A DNA stretch of 64,000 bases from Sphyrna mokarran (taxonomy: Eukaryota), in contig JAGIQG010000006.1 of assembly GCA_024679065.1 (NCBI GenBank), positions 41,850,001 to 41,914,000 on the forward strand, written 5' to 3'. Made by a program: the position numbers and the translations under genes. The notes beneath the pieces were generated by a model. That model made no database searches and was not told where the DNA came from. It saw nothing but the letters and a program-made list of their open reading frames with translations. Shown piece by piece: positions 11,980 through 24,279 of the stretch (positions are counted from its first letter, which is position 1; every line of letters starts with the position of its first letter).

Positions 11980-13377
11980 CTTTTGACTCCTGAATAAGGC
12001 CTTTTAGATGCTCAAATTAATACAATGCAGTTTAGTATACAGAGGATTAAACGCTGAAATAAAAATTGTGTGAATAGAATTTGTGCACTCACTAAATTTT
12101 GAGATCTGATTCAAATTATGGTCATATTTATCTATTTCTATCTAAATGGTTCTTTATGCTATTTAGGGACAAATTTTTTCTTAAGTTAGCCTTTTGCCCA
12201 AATATCTAAAGCCACCGAATCATGTTTTGGACATTCCAGTCATGAAGTTTGCATCTATTTGAGTGTTCAGCTATCTCTGGGAACCATGGAAGTGCAAATT
12301 ACCACCTGCCTCCATTCCTCCCCCCTCCGCATCCCTCTGTGAGAATGGTGGTGTTGGGTTTCAGGGAAGAGACTTCTATAATTGTGTTCCAGTGCCATTT
12401 TGGCTAAGATGTGAAGTCTTTCAGTCATTGCAAAAACAATCTTGTTTTTTTCACCTTTCCTCTGAATTAATAATAAAGCATGACATTACAAGACAAGCTT
12501 TTTAAAAAAAAACATACTTATTATCCCATTTTTATTTCCCTCAGGACATCTCGTGACTGTACAACCTGTGATCCTTTGGGACTCTGAGTTACGGAATAAT
12601 CTGCAGTCCATATTGCCGGCAAGCATTGTTTCCTGACATTAAAGCATTTCAATGATACTCCATCCCATCCCCCAGTCTTCCCTGTACCAAGAAATAATCC
12701 CACAGTAATGAAGGACCCAGCTGAGAAATAGAATAATTGGCTAAGGCAATGGAAGGCAAGTTCAAACATCCAGCTGTCTCGAGGTTTTACTATTATCTTT
12801 CAGTTGGAAAATGGGTACCCTATTGCCTGAACTATTAGGTCACTTGTCGTATTTTGTACGTCGCTAAGCAGGGTTAAGTCAAACGCTGCGCAGGTTCTTA
12901 ACAATGTAATAAATTGTCACTAGCAGCAACCATTAATCCTAGCCTCAAAAACAGGCTGCATTAGTAGGACATTTTTGTTCTTCAAGCCATTAATTTTGCG
13001 CTGTCATAAGTGATTTTTTTGGTGCTTAATTCGGTTAGTTCTGTGCTCTTTGCTCATTGAAAAGTCAGTGGCACAGCCACTCCTCAGTTTTTTTAATACT
13101 TAACATATGGAGGAGTTCCCTGACATCTTTTCCCTCACTAGGTTCTCCAAAGGCAAATAAGAGTGCTGAAAGCCAGTAATTTAATGCATGTTTCTTTTAA
13201 ATACCTCCTGATTTATAACAGGAGAAATAATTTGCTCCATTCTATATTAAAGTAGGTTAATTCAACTATATAAAATTTGATACTTACTTTTAAAGAAGCA
13301 GTAATCAATTTTATTATTTCTTTGTAGAACCTGCTTTGTAATTTATTTTAAATGAATTAAAGTTAAACTTCTAAAAA

Positions 13378-13704
13378 AATCCCATAGCGCAGAAGGAGGT
13401 CATTTGGCCCACTGAGTCTGCACCAACTCTCTGACAGAGTATCTTACCCAGGCCATCTCACTGCCCTATCCCCATAACCCCACACACTTACCATGGCTAA
13501 TCCATCTAACCTACACATCTTGGGACACTAAGGGACAATTTAGCATGTCCAATCCATCTTTGATGTTTGTAGGAGGAAAGCACAGCACCCAGAGGAAACC
13601 CACGCAGATATAGGGAGAATGTGTAAACTCCACACATTTGGAACGTAACCTGGGTCCCAGGTGATTTGAGGAGCAGTGCTAACCATTGTACCAAGGTACA
13701 GCCC
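13378..13704 (-). mobile_element. HE1 V-SINE
   Basis: Reverse of tail, V-domain gaggaaacccacgcaga and head agtgctaaccattgtacc. Confidence 0.9.
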
Positions 13705-13914
13705 ATTAAATTTGCTTTTAAAATAGATAAGTTAGTAAATTCTTTGGAGTAATCATTTCATTGTTGTAAATTCTGAGTGAAGTAACTTGGAGTCCACACG
13801 AAGCAGATCAAACCATGGGAGAAGTACCTTCTGGGTGTCATCACAAGATCCTCCAAATGTAGTGGCAAGGAAAGTAGTCCAAGGCATAATCAATTAAAGC
13901 CAGTGCTATTGAAA

Positions 13915-14320
13915 ATGACATGTTATTTGTCTTCCTGGTACTACTCGAAACTCAGTTGTGGCAGGAGACTCCCAAGATGACAATAAAATGCTTTTGGAAC
14001 ATTCTCAAAACATCCCTGAAAAGGTCAAAAATACCCATCAACGGGTGGGAGTCCCTGACTTCTGACTGATCCAGATGGAGAAGGTTCATTTGGCAAGACA
14101 CCGAACATGTTGAGTAGCTTCATAGGAAACATAGAGTATGAGGTCGAAGTGTTAGAGAGAATGTTCAAACTCCACAACTCATCCACCTGAGCCCTCAAAG
14201 TGCCACTTCCCTACATGCCATAGAGACTGCAGATTGTATTGGAGCTATTAGTCACCTCAGAGCCCATCAAACTACAATGGAGGCAAACCATCCTCTATCC
14301 TGAAAAACTGTCCAAGTAAA
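13915..14320 (+). mobile_element. RTE-clade LINE 3' end (degenerate)
   Basis: Translates to YSKL..GRR, LKTSLK, WESL, WRRFI and a C-terminal C..C...IG.ISHLR.H zinc-finger-like motif. Confidence 0.75.
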
Positions 14321-14456
14321 CAATAAAAAAAACGGTTAGTCATATGTTGTATCAGGAAATCTGAGGCTCCATAAAGCTGGAAGATGATTTTTACACAATA
14401 GCATCTTATCTGGTTCCACTGACCTTTCATACAGGGCTGGTTTATTAATGGTATGA

Positions 14457-14996
14457 TGGCACAGTGGCTAGCATTGCTGTCTCACAGTGCTAGGGACTCA
14501 ACTTTGAATCTTGGCTTGGGTCATTGTCTTCCCATGTCTGCATGAGTTTTTTTTTAAAGAGCAACACAGCACGGGAAACAGGCCCTTCGGCCCAACGAGC
14601 CCGCGCCGCCGTCATAACTATATAGTAGCAATTCCATTATCCTATTCTAAATTTAGGTTATTCTTAATATGGAAGACTCTCACTATAGGGACAATTTGTT
14701 TCTCAATCAGCCTAAGAGCGAATTTTTGGGTTGTGGGAGGAAACCGGAGTGCCCGGAGAAAACCCACGCAACCACGGGGAGAACGCGCAAACTCCCGCAG
14801 ACACCAGCCCAATTTCAAGTTTCCTCCTGGTGTTCCGGTATCCACCCACAGACTGAAAGACGTGCTGATTAGGTGCATTGGCCATGCTAAATTCTCCCTC
14901 AATGTACCCAAACAGATGCTGGAAAGTGGCAACTGGGGGATTTTCATGGTAAGTTCATTGTAGTGTTAATGTAAGCCTACTTGTGACACAAATAGA
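14457..14996 (+). mobile_element. HE1-type V-SINE interrupted by an antisense insertion
   Basis: Head tggcacagtggctagcattgctgtctcacag; V-domain split at about 14548/14818; tail gtaagcctacttgtgac. Confidence 0.9.
14550..14817 (-). mobile_element. 5'-truncated copy of the V-domain-bearing CR1 3' UTR family
   Basis: Reverse complement matches 9040-9170 and 9240-9296; possible TSD AGTTT. Confidence 0.85.
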
Positions 14997-16439
14997 CTTC
15001 CTGTTTTTTGATATCCTGGATGGGAATGGCATAGTTAGTATATAACAGAGTCAATGATTCCAGAAAACTGCTGAAATATTGGGAAATGGAGGTGTGGGTA
15101 GTCAAGCACGGAAGAGTTCCTTTTCATTAAAGTATCAATAGGGATTGATTAGCGGTGACAGTGACTATAGTGAAAAATGTGAGACTTAAAAGCAAAATGT
15201 GCACTTCCATTTCTTTCACATCCAATATCACTGTTTTTAACTGTTCACATTATCTTGTCTTCTGCCTGTGAAAATGATTCATTGCTTATAATCACATGTT
15301 CCAATGAAAAACAAGGCGATCGTCCAACAGGCCAAGGTGATGGATGACTTTACATAATGTCACGTAATGCCATTATCCGATGCATGGGTTTCATTCTGAA
15401 GTATCCACAATACTGTCATGAAATAAAATGTCCTTTAATTCTATGGCCGACTGTAATTTGCTTATGCCAGTAATAATTTTGAACGTAATTTAGAATTTCT
15501 ATAAAATCCCTTTGATTTCCTCATAAGGATAAATTCAGTTAAATGCAGAGGAGAAACAGGTACATGTTTTCAAATACATTTTAAGTGTGCCTTGCAGATA
15601 ATTGAAGACTAATGAAAATGAGACATAACTGATTGGAGTAAAGCACAGGCAATATTATGATATTCCTTGCTGGAATAAAAATATCTTCCAACGATCTTTT
15701 GACTTTTAGCAGTGCAGCCTTGATCAGATTTCTGAAAATGATGTCAAGAGAGTGACATCAACTGTCTGGAAGGAGAGGTTTGGCTTCGAGGTTGAGTGAG
15801 CCAAAACTAGTTTTCAATCAAATAAATACAATAATAAATGAATTGGAGAAGGTCCTTTTAGAATTTACAGCAGAAAACTCAGTCCCAAATAATGGAGAGC
15901 AGTTTCGTTCTTTATATAAGTGCTCTTATGGAATTCAAAAAAGAGAAAGTAATTTATTGGAACCACTGACTGCTTCTCTTTCCACCAGAAAATATTTACA
16001 TGAAGTTCTGACAGTCATTTATCAAAATAATTCGCTGTCATCCAGTAAAAATGATTCTTCATTTATGAGAGGACTTCAGCAGCATAATGACAAATCAACA
16101 TATTTAAAATACAAGGAATATAAATCATGGTATATATATTAAAGAAAGCGAATAATTAGGCCAGAATTTTCCATTTGGGACTAAGTCCTGTGACGGGCTG
16201 GGAGCCTGGAGTATTTCCTGCTGCATAGGCTGGTGAGAATTTGCATTGAATCACACAATGTCAGCCTGATTAATTATGCAGTCAAGAGTTTCTTATGTTT
16301 TTCACGGTTGGGCGGGCTGGATGATGCATCCACCACCATCATATCCAGGTGCCATATTTAAAGGTGCTGAAACATCACCCTTAGCCATCATTCAAAGAGG
16401 GAATAGCCAGCTGTTCTCAGGGACCTGTGCCTCTGAATG

Positions 16440-16922
16440 TCCTTCTCATAGATTGGTTTGGCTCCTGCTCTGAACAAGACTACAAAAAACTACAAAGTGT
16501 TATGAGTGTAGCCCAGTCCGACATGCAAACCAGTCTCCCATCCACTGACATTGTCTATATTGCCCACTACCTCAGCAAAGCAACAATCTTAATCAAGGAC
16601 CCTATGCATTCCAGATACATTGTTTTCCATTTTCTCCTGTCTGGAAAAAGATATAAAAGTCCAAGATCACGTACCAACTGACTCAAGAGCAGCTTCTCCC
16701 TTGCAGATATCAGACTTTTGAATGGACTCACCATATATTAAGCTGATTTTTCACTTCACCCTACATGTAACAGCAACATTATATTCTGCACCCTATCCTT
16801 TCCCTTTTCCCTACGTATCTTATGAACGGTATGTTTTCCCTGGATAGCATGCAAGAAACTACTTTTTGACTGTATACCAGTATGGAACAATAAAAAAATC
16901 AAATCAAATCAAATCAAATCAA
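16440..16922 (+). mobile_element. Rex1/Babar LINE 3' end
   Basis: WFGSCSEQDYKKLQSV...LLSGKRYKS; (AAATC)n tail. Confidence 0.9.
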
Positions 16923-17654
16923 AAAAAGTTAGGCATAGCATCTTCTTGCCAAAGGAGGGAAGGATGAGGCTAAGCTCTTATACAAATTCAGCATGAGAAG
17001 GAAGAATTTAGGGAGTTCACTGCCTATAGTCTCTATCAGAGGACTTCTGTGCAGTGCCACAAATGCATGAATAACATCCTGCATGCTGCCAGGGTGAATC
17101 CTCAACTGCTAACACTTACCTCACTGATTTACAGATGGGACTTGGGCCTTAGTGGCAAGATCACCATTCATGCAGCCCATGCATAATATAACTGCTGAAC
17201 ACGATAAGGTGATGCCTCATAGTCCCACTACAATCCATTTAGTCTGCAGGTGGAGAGACCACTGAGGGTCCCTGACACATACACACAGGAAACTGAGAGA
17301 GGAGATGGACTAAGGGATAGGGGACAAGCATGCACCATTAATAAATGTCTCTGTCAGTCTTATTCCTCTATCTGCATGGGTTCACCATTCTGGATGGTGC
17401 TGCCCCTTGTGGAAAACCTGCATTGCCTCAGTCATATGGCATGCAATTCATTAGGTTACTTGAAAGACTGAAATCTTGAGGAAGACATATATAAGAATCA
17501 AATTTCTCTCAACCCAATCTTCTCTCTTTGTATAGGAACAATTATGGAACCAGAGCAAAGAGAGAGAAAGAGAAGAGAGGAAGAGGCCCATCTATAATCT
17601 AGGATATTCAGAGGTAGAGGTCCTTGTGATCAACTGACTTGAATGGTGGCTAAG

Positions 17655-18992
17655 TTTGATGCCTTACTTGACAGACTACAGGAATGAGATAGACAATCTG
17701 GTGAACTCGTCGGTGACAATAATCTCTCCCTCAATATCAGCTAAATGAAGGGGATTGTCATCGATTTCAGGAAGCATAAAGGAAAACATGCCCCTGTCTA
17801 CATCAGCAGGAGTGAAGTAGAAAGGATCGAGAGCTTCAAGTTTTTAAGTATCCAGATTACCAGCAACCTGTTCTGGTCCACCAGTGCTGACACTATAGTT
17901 AAGAAAGCCCACTAAAGCCTCTATTTTCTCAGAAGACTAAGGAAGTGTGGCAACTGTGACTCACCAACTTTGATAGATGCACCATAGAAAGCATTCTTTC
18001 TTGTATCACAGCTTGGTATAGCTCCTGCTCTGTCCAAGGCCACAAGAAACTACAAAAAGTTGTGAATGTAGCCCAATCCATCACTCAAATCAGCCTCCAA
18101 TCCACTGGCTCTGTCTACACTTCCCACTGCTTCGGCAAAGCAACCAGCATAATTAAGGACTTCACGCACCCTGGACACTGAATCTTTTGACTTCTTCCGT
18201 TGGGAAAAAATACAAAAGTTTGAGGTCACATACCAACCAACTCAAGAACAGTTTCTTCCCTGCTGCCATCAGGCTTTTGAATGGATCTACCTCGCATTAA
18301 GTTGATCTTTCTCTGCACCCTAGCTATGATTGTAACATTACTTTCTGCATTCTCCCATTTCATTCTCTATGAATGGAGTAAGCTCTGCCTGTCTTGTGTG
18401 CAAGAAACAATACTTTTCACTGTATGCTAATACATGTGATAATAAGTATAGTGGAGTTTTGTGAGCAGTTTTGGGCCCTGTATCTAAGGAAGAACATGCT
18501 GGCCTTGGAAAGGGTCCAGAGGAGGTTCACAAGAGTGATCCCTGGAATGAAGAACTTGTCATATGAAGAACAGTTGAGGACTCTGTATCTGGACTCGTTG
18601 GAATTTAAATGAATGGGGGGGGGAGGTGTTCTTATTGAAACTTACATGATGCTGCAAAGCCTGGTTAGAATGGACATGGAGGGGATGTTTCTACTAGTGG
18701 GAAAAACTGGAACCAGAGGGCCCACTCTCAGGCTAGAGGGACGATGCTTTATAACAGAGATGAGAAGGAATTTCTTCAGCCAGAGAGTGTTGAATTTTTA
18801 GAACCCTTTGCCGCAAAAAGCTGTGGAGGCCAGGTCATTGAGTGTCTTTAATATAGATCAGGGGAAATGCGGAAAAAGCAGGAGAATGGGGATGAGAAAA
18901 ATATCAGCCATGATTGAATGGCAGAGCAGACTTGATGGGCCAAGTGGCCTAATTCTGCTCCTATGTCTTATAATAAATCAAATCAAATCAAA
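17655..18992 (+). mobile_element. Rex1/Babar LINE 3' part, tail split by a CR1 insertion
   Basis: IVIDFRK, IESFKFL, FLRRLRK, CTIESIL motifs; (AAATC)n tail resumes at 18977. Confidence 0.9.
18446..18969 (+). mobile_element. CR1 LINE 3' end nested in Rex1 tail
   Basis: LERVQRRFTR, FFSQRV; TSD ATAATAA at 18439-18445 and 18970-18976. Confidence 0.9.
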
Positions 18993-19227
18993 GTCTGAGC
19001 ACCTCTATTATCTTCTGAGGGTGCCTCAGGCTGGGCCTGTGTTCCATGCAATAATACATGTGCATGGAGGCAAAGGCATTTGACAGGGCCTGTGCAAGCC
19101 ATATGCAAGACACTGAGCCTTTGCCTTTCACATGTTCATCTGTCCCAAGGCCCTAGAATTGTCCATACTACATTCTGAGATTGCCCTTCAGTTGTCCAGA
19201 TGACAACTGACAATTCCTCGATCCCTC

Positions 19228-19831
19228 ATCGAGGGATTGAGTTCAGGAGTCAGGAGGTAATGCTGCTTTATAGGACCCTTGCCAGACCACACTTGGAGTA
19301 CTGTGCGCAGTTCTGGTCGCCTCACTATAGGAAGGACGTGGAAGCTATTGAAAGGGTGCAGAGGAGATTTACAAGGATGTTGCCTGGATTGGGAGGCATG
19401 CCTTATGAAGACAGGTTGAGGGAGCTGGGACTGTTCTCCCTGGAGAGACGAAGGTTGAGAGGCGACCTGATAGAGGTTTACAAGATGTTGAGAGGAATAG
19501 ATAGGGTGGACTGTCAGAGACTATTTCCCAGGGCTGAAATGGTCGCGACGAGAGGGCACAGATTTAAGGTGCAGGAAAGCAAGTACAGAGGGGATGCTAG
19601 GGGAAAGTTTTTCACTTAGATGGTGGTGAGTGAATGGAATCGGCTGCCGTCGGTGGTGGTCGAGGTGAACTCACTGGGGTCTTTTAAAAGACTTCTGGAT
19701 GAGAATATGGGATCCAATGGGATTGGGGGTTATAGATAGGTCTATGGCTGGGTAGGTTTTTGATGTGTTCGGCACAACTTGTGGGCCGAAGGGCCTGTTT
19801 GTGCTGTAGTGTTCTATGTTCTATGTTCTAT
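19228..19831 (+). mobile_element. Young CR1 LINE 3' end
   Basis: ORF RPHLEYCAQFWSPHYRKD...ERRRLRGDLIEVYK; (TTCTATG)n tail; CpG retained. Confidence 0.95.
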
Positions 19832-20019
19832 GAGCTGTCTGCCCAACCCAATGACCCAACTCCCTTGGAACATCTCCACCACAAAGTTTTGTAAAGTTTG
19901 GAGTAGCCATGATTGTTGTTATCTTTACCACTCCCCCATCACCCACATCCTCCCTCTCTTAAACATTAATATCCCTCCCATGCCCTTCCATTTATCCTTC
20001 TGATGATTACCCTTCAACT

Positions 20020-20135
20020 AACAATTTCAAAACAAGGAGAATGCTGCTTAGGACCGAGATAAGGAAGAATTTCTTTGTGTACAACGTTGTGAATCTTTGA
20101 AATTCTGTTGCCCAAGTGGAGTGTTGAAGTCAGTG
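20020..20135 (+). mobile_element. CR1 LINE fragment
   Basis: aggaccgagataaggaagaatttcttt...gtgaatctttgaaattct. Confidence 0.6.
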
Positions 20136-20599
20136 ACCTCCTGAGACCCACTCTTGTGACTGTAGCTCTGCCCTTGTATTCTGTTGACCCCCAGAATTTG
20201 CATCTCTTTCTGCATTCCTTCCAACAACCCTTAACACCCCTTCACTTGCCATTACTGACCCTCACACTTCCACTGCCCTTTTAAACCTGTGATATCCCTT
20301 CCTATCATCCAGTGATTATCTTTTATACTTTTCATATCGGGTCACCCATTCAATAACCAGCTCTCTCTTTCCTACCACTTTTCACACCTACGCCACCTTT
20401 CCATTCCTCTCCTCCCATCTGATACCCTACCATAACACGGACCATCACTGCCCAACAGTACTTCCTGTTGCTTTACACTGTAGCTGGAAGACCCGTCTCC
20501 TGGAAAATGCTACTATTGAAGGATTCATGTAGTTGTAGCTCTAGCCGCTCACTATTGCATTTGGTTCAAAAGATAAGGTATTGAAAGTTCACCTCAGCA

Positions 20600-20810
20600 A
20601 TGATGACCAGTTGTTGTAAAAATCTACCTGGTTTACTAATCTGCTGTCCTTATCTGGTCTGGCCCACATGTGATTCCAGACCCACAAGCAATGTGATTCA
20701 CGCTTAACCACCCTCCGAAAATGATCTAGGAGCCATTCAGTTCGAGGGCAATCTGGGGTGGGTAACAAATGTTGGCCTTGCCAGCAATGACCACAACCCA
20801 CAAAAGAATT
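20600..20810 (+). mobile_element. tRNA/CR1-tail SINE (second family), partial
   Basis: Matches 56290-56495: ctggtttactaat...tctggcccacatgtgattccagaccc...ggccttgccagc. Confidence 0.75.
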
Positions 20811-20950
20811 AGAAATACCTATCACTGTTCTTTTGTTTCTCAAACAATTGGTTTAAAATTTGGATTGGATGAATAAAATGAAGATTTTATAGAAAAGAAA
20901 AATTAAAATAAATTTATCTTCACAGCTCGTTTGGAAATTGTCAGACTGAA

Positions 20951-21077
20951 CGTCAGAATTCTACCGCTCTGCCCGCCATGGAAATTGCAGCAGGTGAGGG
21001 CCTGGCAATGGGTAGGCCATTTGATCTGCAATGGAATTTTACAGTTTCGGGATGAGCAAGGCTGTAAAATCCACCCA
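20951..21077. mobile_element. Harbinger-like MITE
   Basis: Termini cagaattctaccgc and gctgtaaaatccaccc. Confidence 0.55.
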
Positions 21078-21937
21078 ATGTTTCGCAATGATGCCTTACA
21101 CTGTGTTGCCTTGTGTATTTCTGATCTCTCTGTAGAAAGAGCCACAAGCTGGTGCAGAGCAGCTGAGAAGACAGTTTTCTCTCAAGATAATGACATAGCT
21201 GTTGAATCCAGCAGTTTGTGAAGTTGAAGCACTGCCAGATAGCAGGCAGCCACATGACACTTTGAGGTGTGGCGTCAATTGTTGTATTTTTTTCTCTCTG
21301 CCTCCATTGTCAGTGGAGAGTCACAAAATCTCTCTATGTTGAGATGAACTTGGAATCATTGACAATACCATTCCTCCCTCCACAACAAGCTATTAATAAA
21401 AATGCTCTTCAACAACAGCATTGCTCTTTCTTACTTTCTCACTTTGTTTCATAAGAATCTTAAATTCTGTAAACAATCACAAACTTAAACAAACATGGAT
21501 GTCAGACTGCAAAATAAAGTGTAGCTGTCACCAAACATTTGGAAATCAATGAGAACCTTTTCTGGAAGATGTCTGGACATGTGCTTTGTGCTGTGATTGT
21601 ATTCTTATTAGTTAACATTTATTAGATAGCCTTCCCAGTATTTCATGTTTGGAGAAAAAGTAATTTTAGGCTCTTAACTTTTAAAAAAATCTTAAATGTG
21701 TGAGCACTGATGTCAGCTGCAGTCTGTTACTATCTCAATTTAAATGATCCAACTGTTCCACTTGAAACATTTACTGACAACTGAGAAATTCAAAAGCATG
21801 TACTGTCTCAAAGGAGAAAATCATTCATGCCTTCCCCTTTTTACAGCTGTGAATAAGATGGACCAAAATGCCAATATAGCAGAATCCAGGGCCCATACAA
21901 GCACTGATGCCTGCAAGATACCCCAATATACTTATTT

Positions 21938-22265
21938 CATTCTGTGATGGGATGTAGGCATTGCTGGTCAGGGCAACATTTATTATCCATCTCTAATTGC
22001 ACTTGAATAGATGGCAATAAACTTCCTCTTGAACCACTTCAACCCATGTAGTGTAGGTATACCCATATTGCTATTAGAGAGGGAGAGCCAGGATTGTGAC
22101 CTAGCAACAGTGAAAGAACAACAATATATTTCCAAGTCAGAATGGTGTGTGGCTTGGAGAGGAACTTCCAGGTGATGGCGTTCCCGTCTATCTGCTGCCC
22201 TTGTTATTTTCAATAGTAGTAGTCATGGGTTTGAAAGGTGTTCATTTCCATATTTTGTCTAAGGA
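21938..22265 (-). mobile_element. Old CR1-clade LINE 3' end
   Basis: Minus ORF SFTVARSQSWLSL...GLKWFK; same tail as the second SINE family. Confidence 0.8.
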
Positions 22266-23179
22266 ACATGGAACATAGAACATAGAACATTACAGCGCAG
22301 TACAGGCCCTTTGGCCCTTGATGTTGGGCCGACAAGTGGAACCAATCTAATCACCCTCTAACCTCAACTATTCCAATGTTGTCCATATGCCTATCCATTG
22401 ACCATTTGAATGCCCTTAATGTTGGCGAGTCCACAACTGCTGCAGGCAGGGCATTCCATGCTCTTACTACCCTCTGAGTAAAGAACCTACCTCTGATATC
22501 CATCCTATAACTACCACCCCTTAATTTAAAGCTACATCCCCTCGTGTTAGCCATCACTATCCAAGGAAAAAGACTCTCATTGTCTACTCTATCTAACCCT
22601 CTGATCATCTTGTATGCCTCAATTAGGTCACCTCTTAACCTTCTTCTCTCTAATGAAAATAACCTCAAGTCCTTCAGCCTTTCCTCATAAGACCTTCCCA
22701 CCATACCAGGCAACATCCTGGTAAACCTCCTCTGCACCCTTTCCAATGCCCCTACATCTTTCTTATAATGCGGTGACCAGAACTGTATGCAATACTCCAA
22801 GTGTAGCTGCACCAGAATTTTGCACAGTTGCAACATGACCTCACGGCTCTGAAATTCAATCCCTCTATCAATAAAAGCTGACACACTGTATGCCTCCTTA
22901 ACAACCTTATCAACCTGGGTACCATCTTTCAGAGAGCTAGGCACATGTACACCGAGATCTCTCTGCTCATCGACACAACTAAGAGTCCTTCCATTAGCCC
23001 TATATTCTGTACTCCTGTTACTCTTACCAAAGTGAATCACCTCACACTTTTCCACATTAAACTCCATTTGCCACCTCTTGGCCCAGCTCTGCAGCTTATC
23101 TATGTCCCTCTGCAAACTGTAACATCCATCCTCACTGTCTACAACTCCTCCGACTTTGGTGTCGTCAGCAAACTATCAA
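22266..23179 (-). mobile_element. Young CR1 LINE 3' part (254 aa ORF, truncated at FADD)
   Basis: WQMEFNVEKC, HLEYCIQFWSP, FFTQRVVRAWNALP; (GAACATA)n tail; TSD TAAGGA at 22260-22265 and 23180-23185. Confidence 0.95.
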
Positions 23180-23180
23180 T

Positions 23181-23605
23181 AAGGAGAGGTTGGAGAAACT
23201 TGATTTGTTGTCATTGGAGTGACAGAGATTGAGGGAAGACCTCTTAGAAGTCTATAAGATCATGACAGAGTGAATAGTCAGAAGCTTTTTCCCAGGGTGG
23301 AAGAATCAGTTACTAGGGGGCACAGGTTTAAGGTCTGAGGGCAAGATTTAAAAGAGATGTACGAGACAGATTTTTTACACAAAGTGTGGTGGATGCCTGG
23401 AACTCATTGCCAGGGGAGGTAGTGGAAGCGGATACAGTAGTGACTTTTAAGGGGTGTCTTGACAAGTACATGAATGAGATGGGAATAGAGGGATATGGTT
23501 CCCAGAAAGGTAAAGGGTTTTAATTAAGTTGGACACTATGCTCAATGCAGACTTGGAAGGCCAAAAGGCCTATTCCTGTGCTGTAATTTTCTTTGTTCTT
23601 TGTTC
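23181..23605 (+). mobile_element. CR1 LINE 3' end
   Basis: EERLEKL, TRGHRFKV, WNSLP-like; tail ttctttgttctttgttc. Confidence 0.92.
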
Positions 23606-23914
23606 AGAGTATGGCACAGAAAAGGATAGCTTCTTTATTCAATATGTTGGAAAGTAATGGATTTATTCAGTAATGGAACTCCAGGGATGATATTGGATTT
23701 CCATGTGGGAGCTATAGAATTTCACAGCATGGGTAGAAGCTATTTAGCCTATCAATGTCACTGCAGAGCTCTCATATATGTTGATATATGTTGTCCAATA
23801 CAATATGAAAATTTCAGATATAAAACTTGTGATGGAGTCAATCCATAGTTGTATAAAGGAGCTGAGCACACAGAGGCCACATTGTAAATCTGCCTCTGCT
23901 TGCTACCGTCATGT

Positions 23915-24180
23915 TTCCTCAAAGTGGTGTTCAACATGGAGGAGTACTGACTCACCAGCAAAGGGTGGATGCAGTACATGATATTCAGCAGGAGGTTTCC
24001 TTCCCCATGTTTGTTCTGACGCCATGAGACTTCATGGAGTTCTGAGTTGATGTTGAGGACTCCCAGGGCAATTCTGTCCAACTGTACCGGTGCCACCGCT
24101 GCTGGGTCTGTCCTACTGCCGGTGATGTGGTTTCTGGGATATTATTTATAAGGCATGATTCCAGATGTGATTGACAGGTC
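23915..24180 (-). mobile_element. CR1-clade LINE endonuclease-region fragment
   Basis: Minus ORF IALGVLNINSELHEVSWRQ.KHGEGNLLL resembles the APE endonuclease. Confidence 0.65.
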
Positions 24181-24279
24181 TGAATTTGTCATTGTTTCTA
24201 CCGCCTAAGTAAATGTCAGCCGGCCCATTCAGTTCAAGTTCCAATCCCATTCATTGTAGAGTTCAATATGAATGCTTAC

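Larger units (their letters stand above)
16159..20512 (+). mobile_element. Composite degenerate Harbinger-like element with Myb/SANT remnant and nested retroelements
   Basis: Left end ggccagaattttcca, right end tggaaaatgc; RTSVQCHKCMNNILHAAR at about 17040-17093; C-rich internal tract. Confidence 0.4.

Noticed and set aside
14457-14520. tRNA genes at SINE heads
   Set aside because: Degenerate A/B boxes contiguous with SINE bodies; no complete cloverleaf
14642-14947. Shared peptide LREFARSPRGCVGFLR in two ORFs (also 8966-9154)
   Set aside because: Incidental translation of the non-coding V-domain repeat
15780-16142. 120 aa ORF in non-repeat DNA
   Set aside because: Non-ATG start, no recognisable domain, no convincing splice sites
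21136-21266. Possible coding exon after ctgtag
   Set aside because: Stops in all three frames
22351-23115. 254 aa ORF as a gene
   Set aside because: CR1 ORF2 C-terminal fragment bounded by a TSD
22266-23605. Head-to-head CR1 pair as a single twin-primed inversion
   Set aside because: Both have their own 3' tails from different subfamilies, and the minus copy has its own TAAGGA TSD
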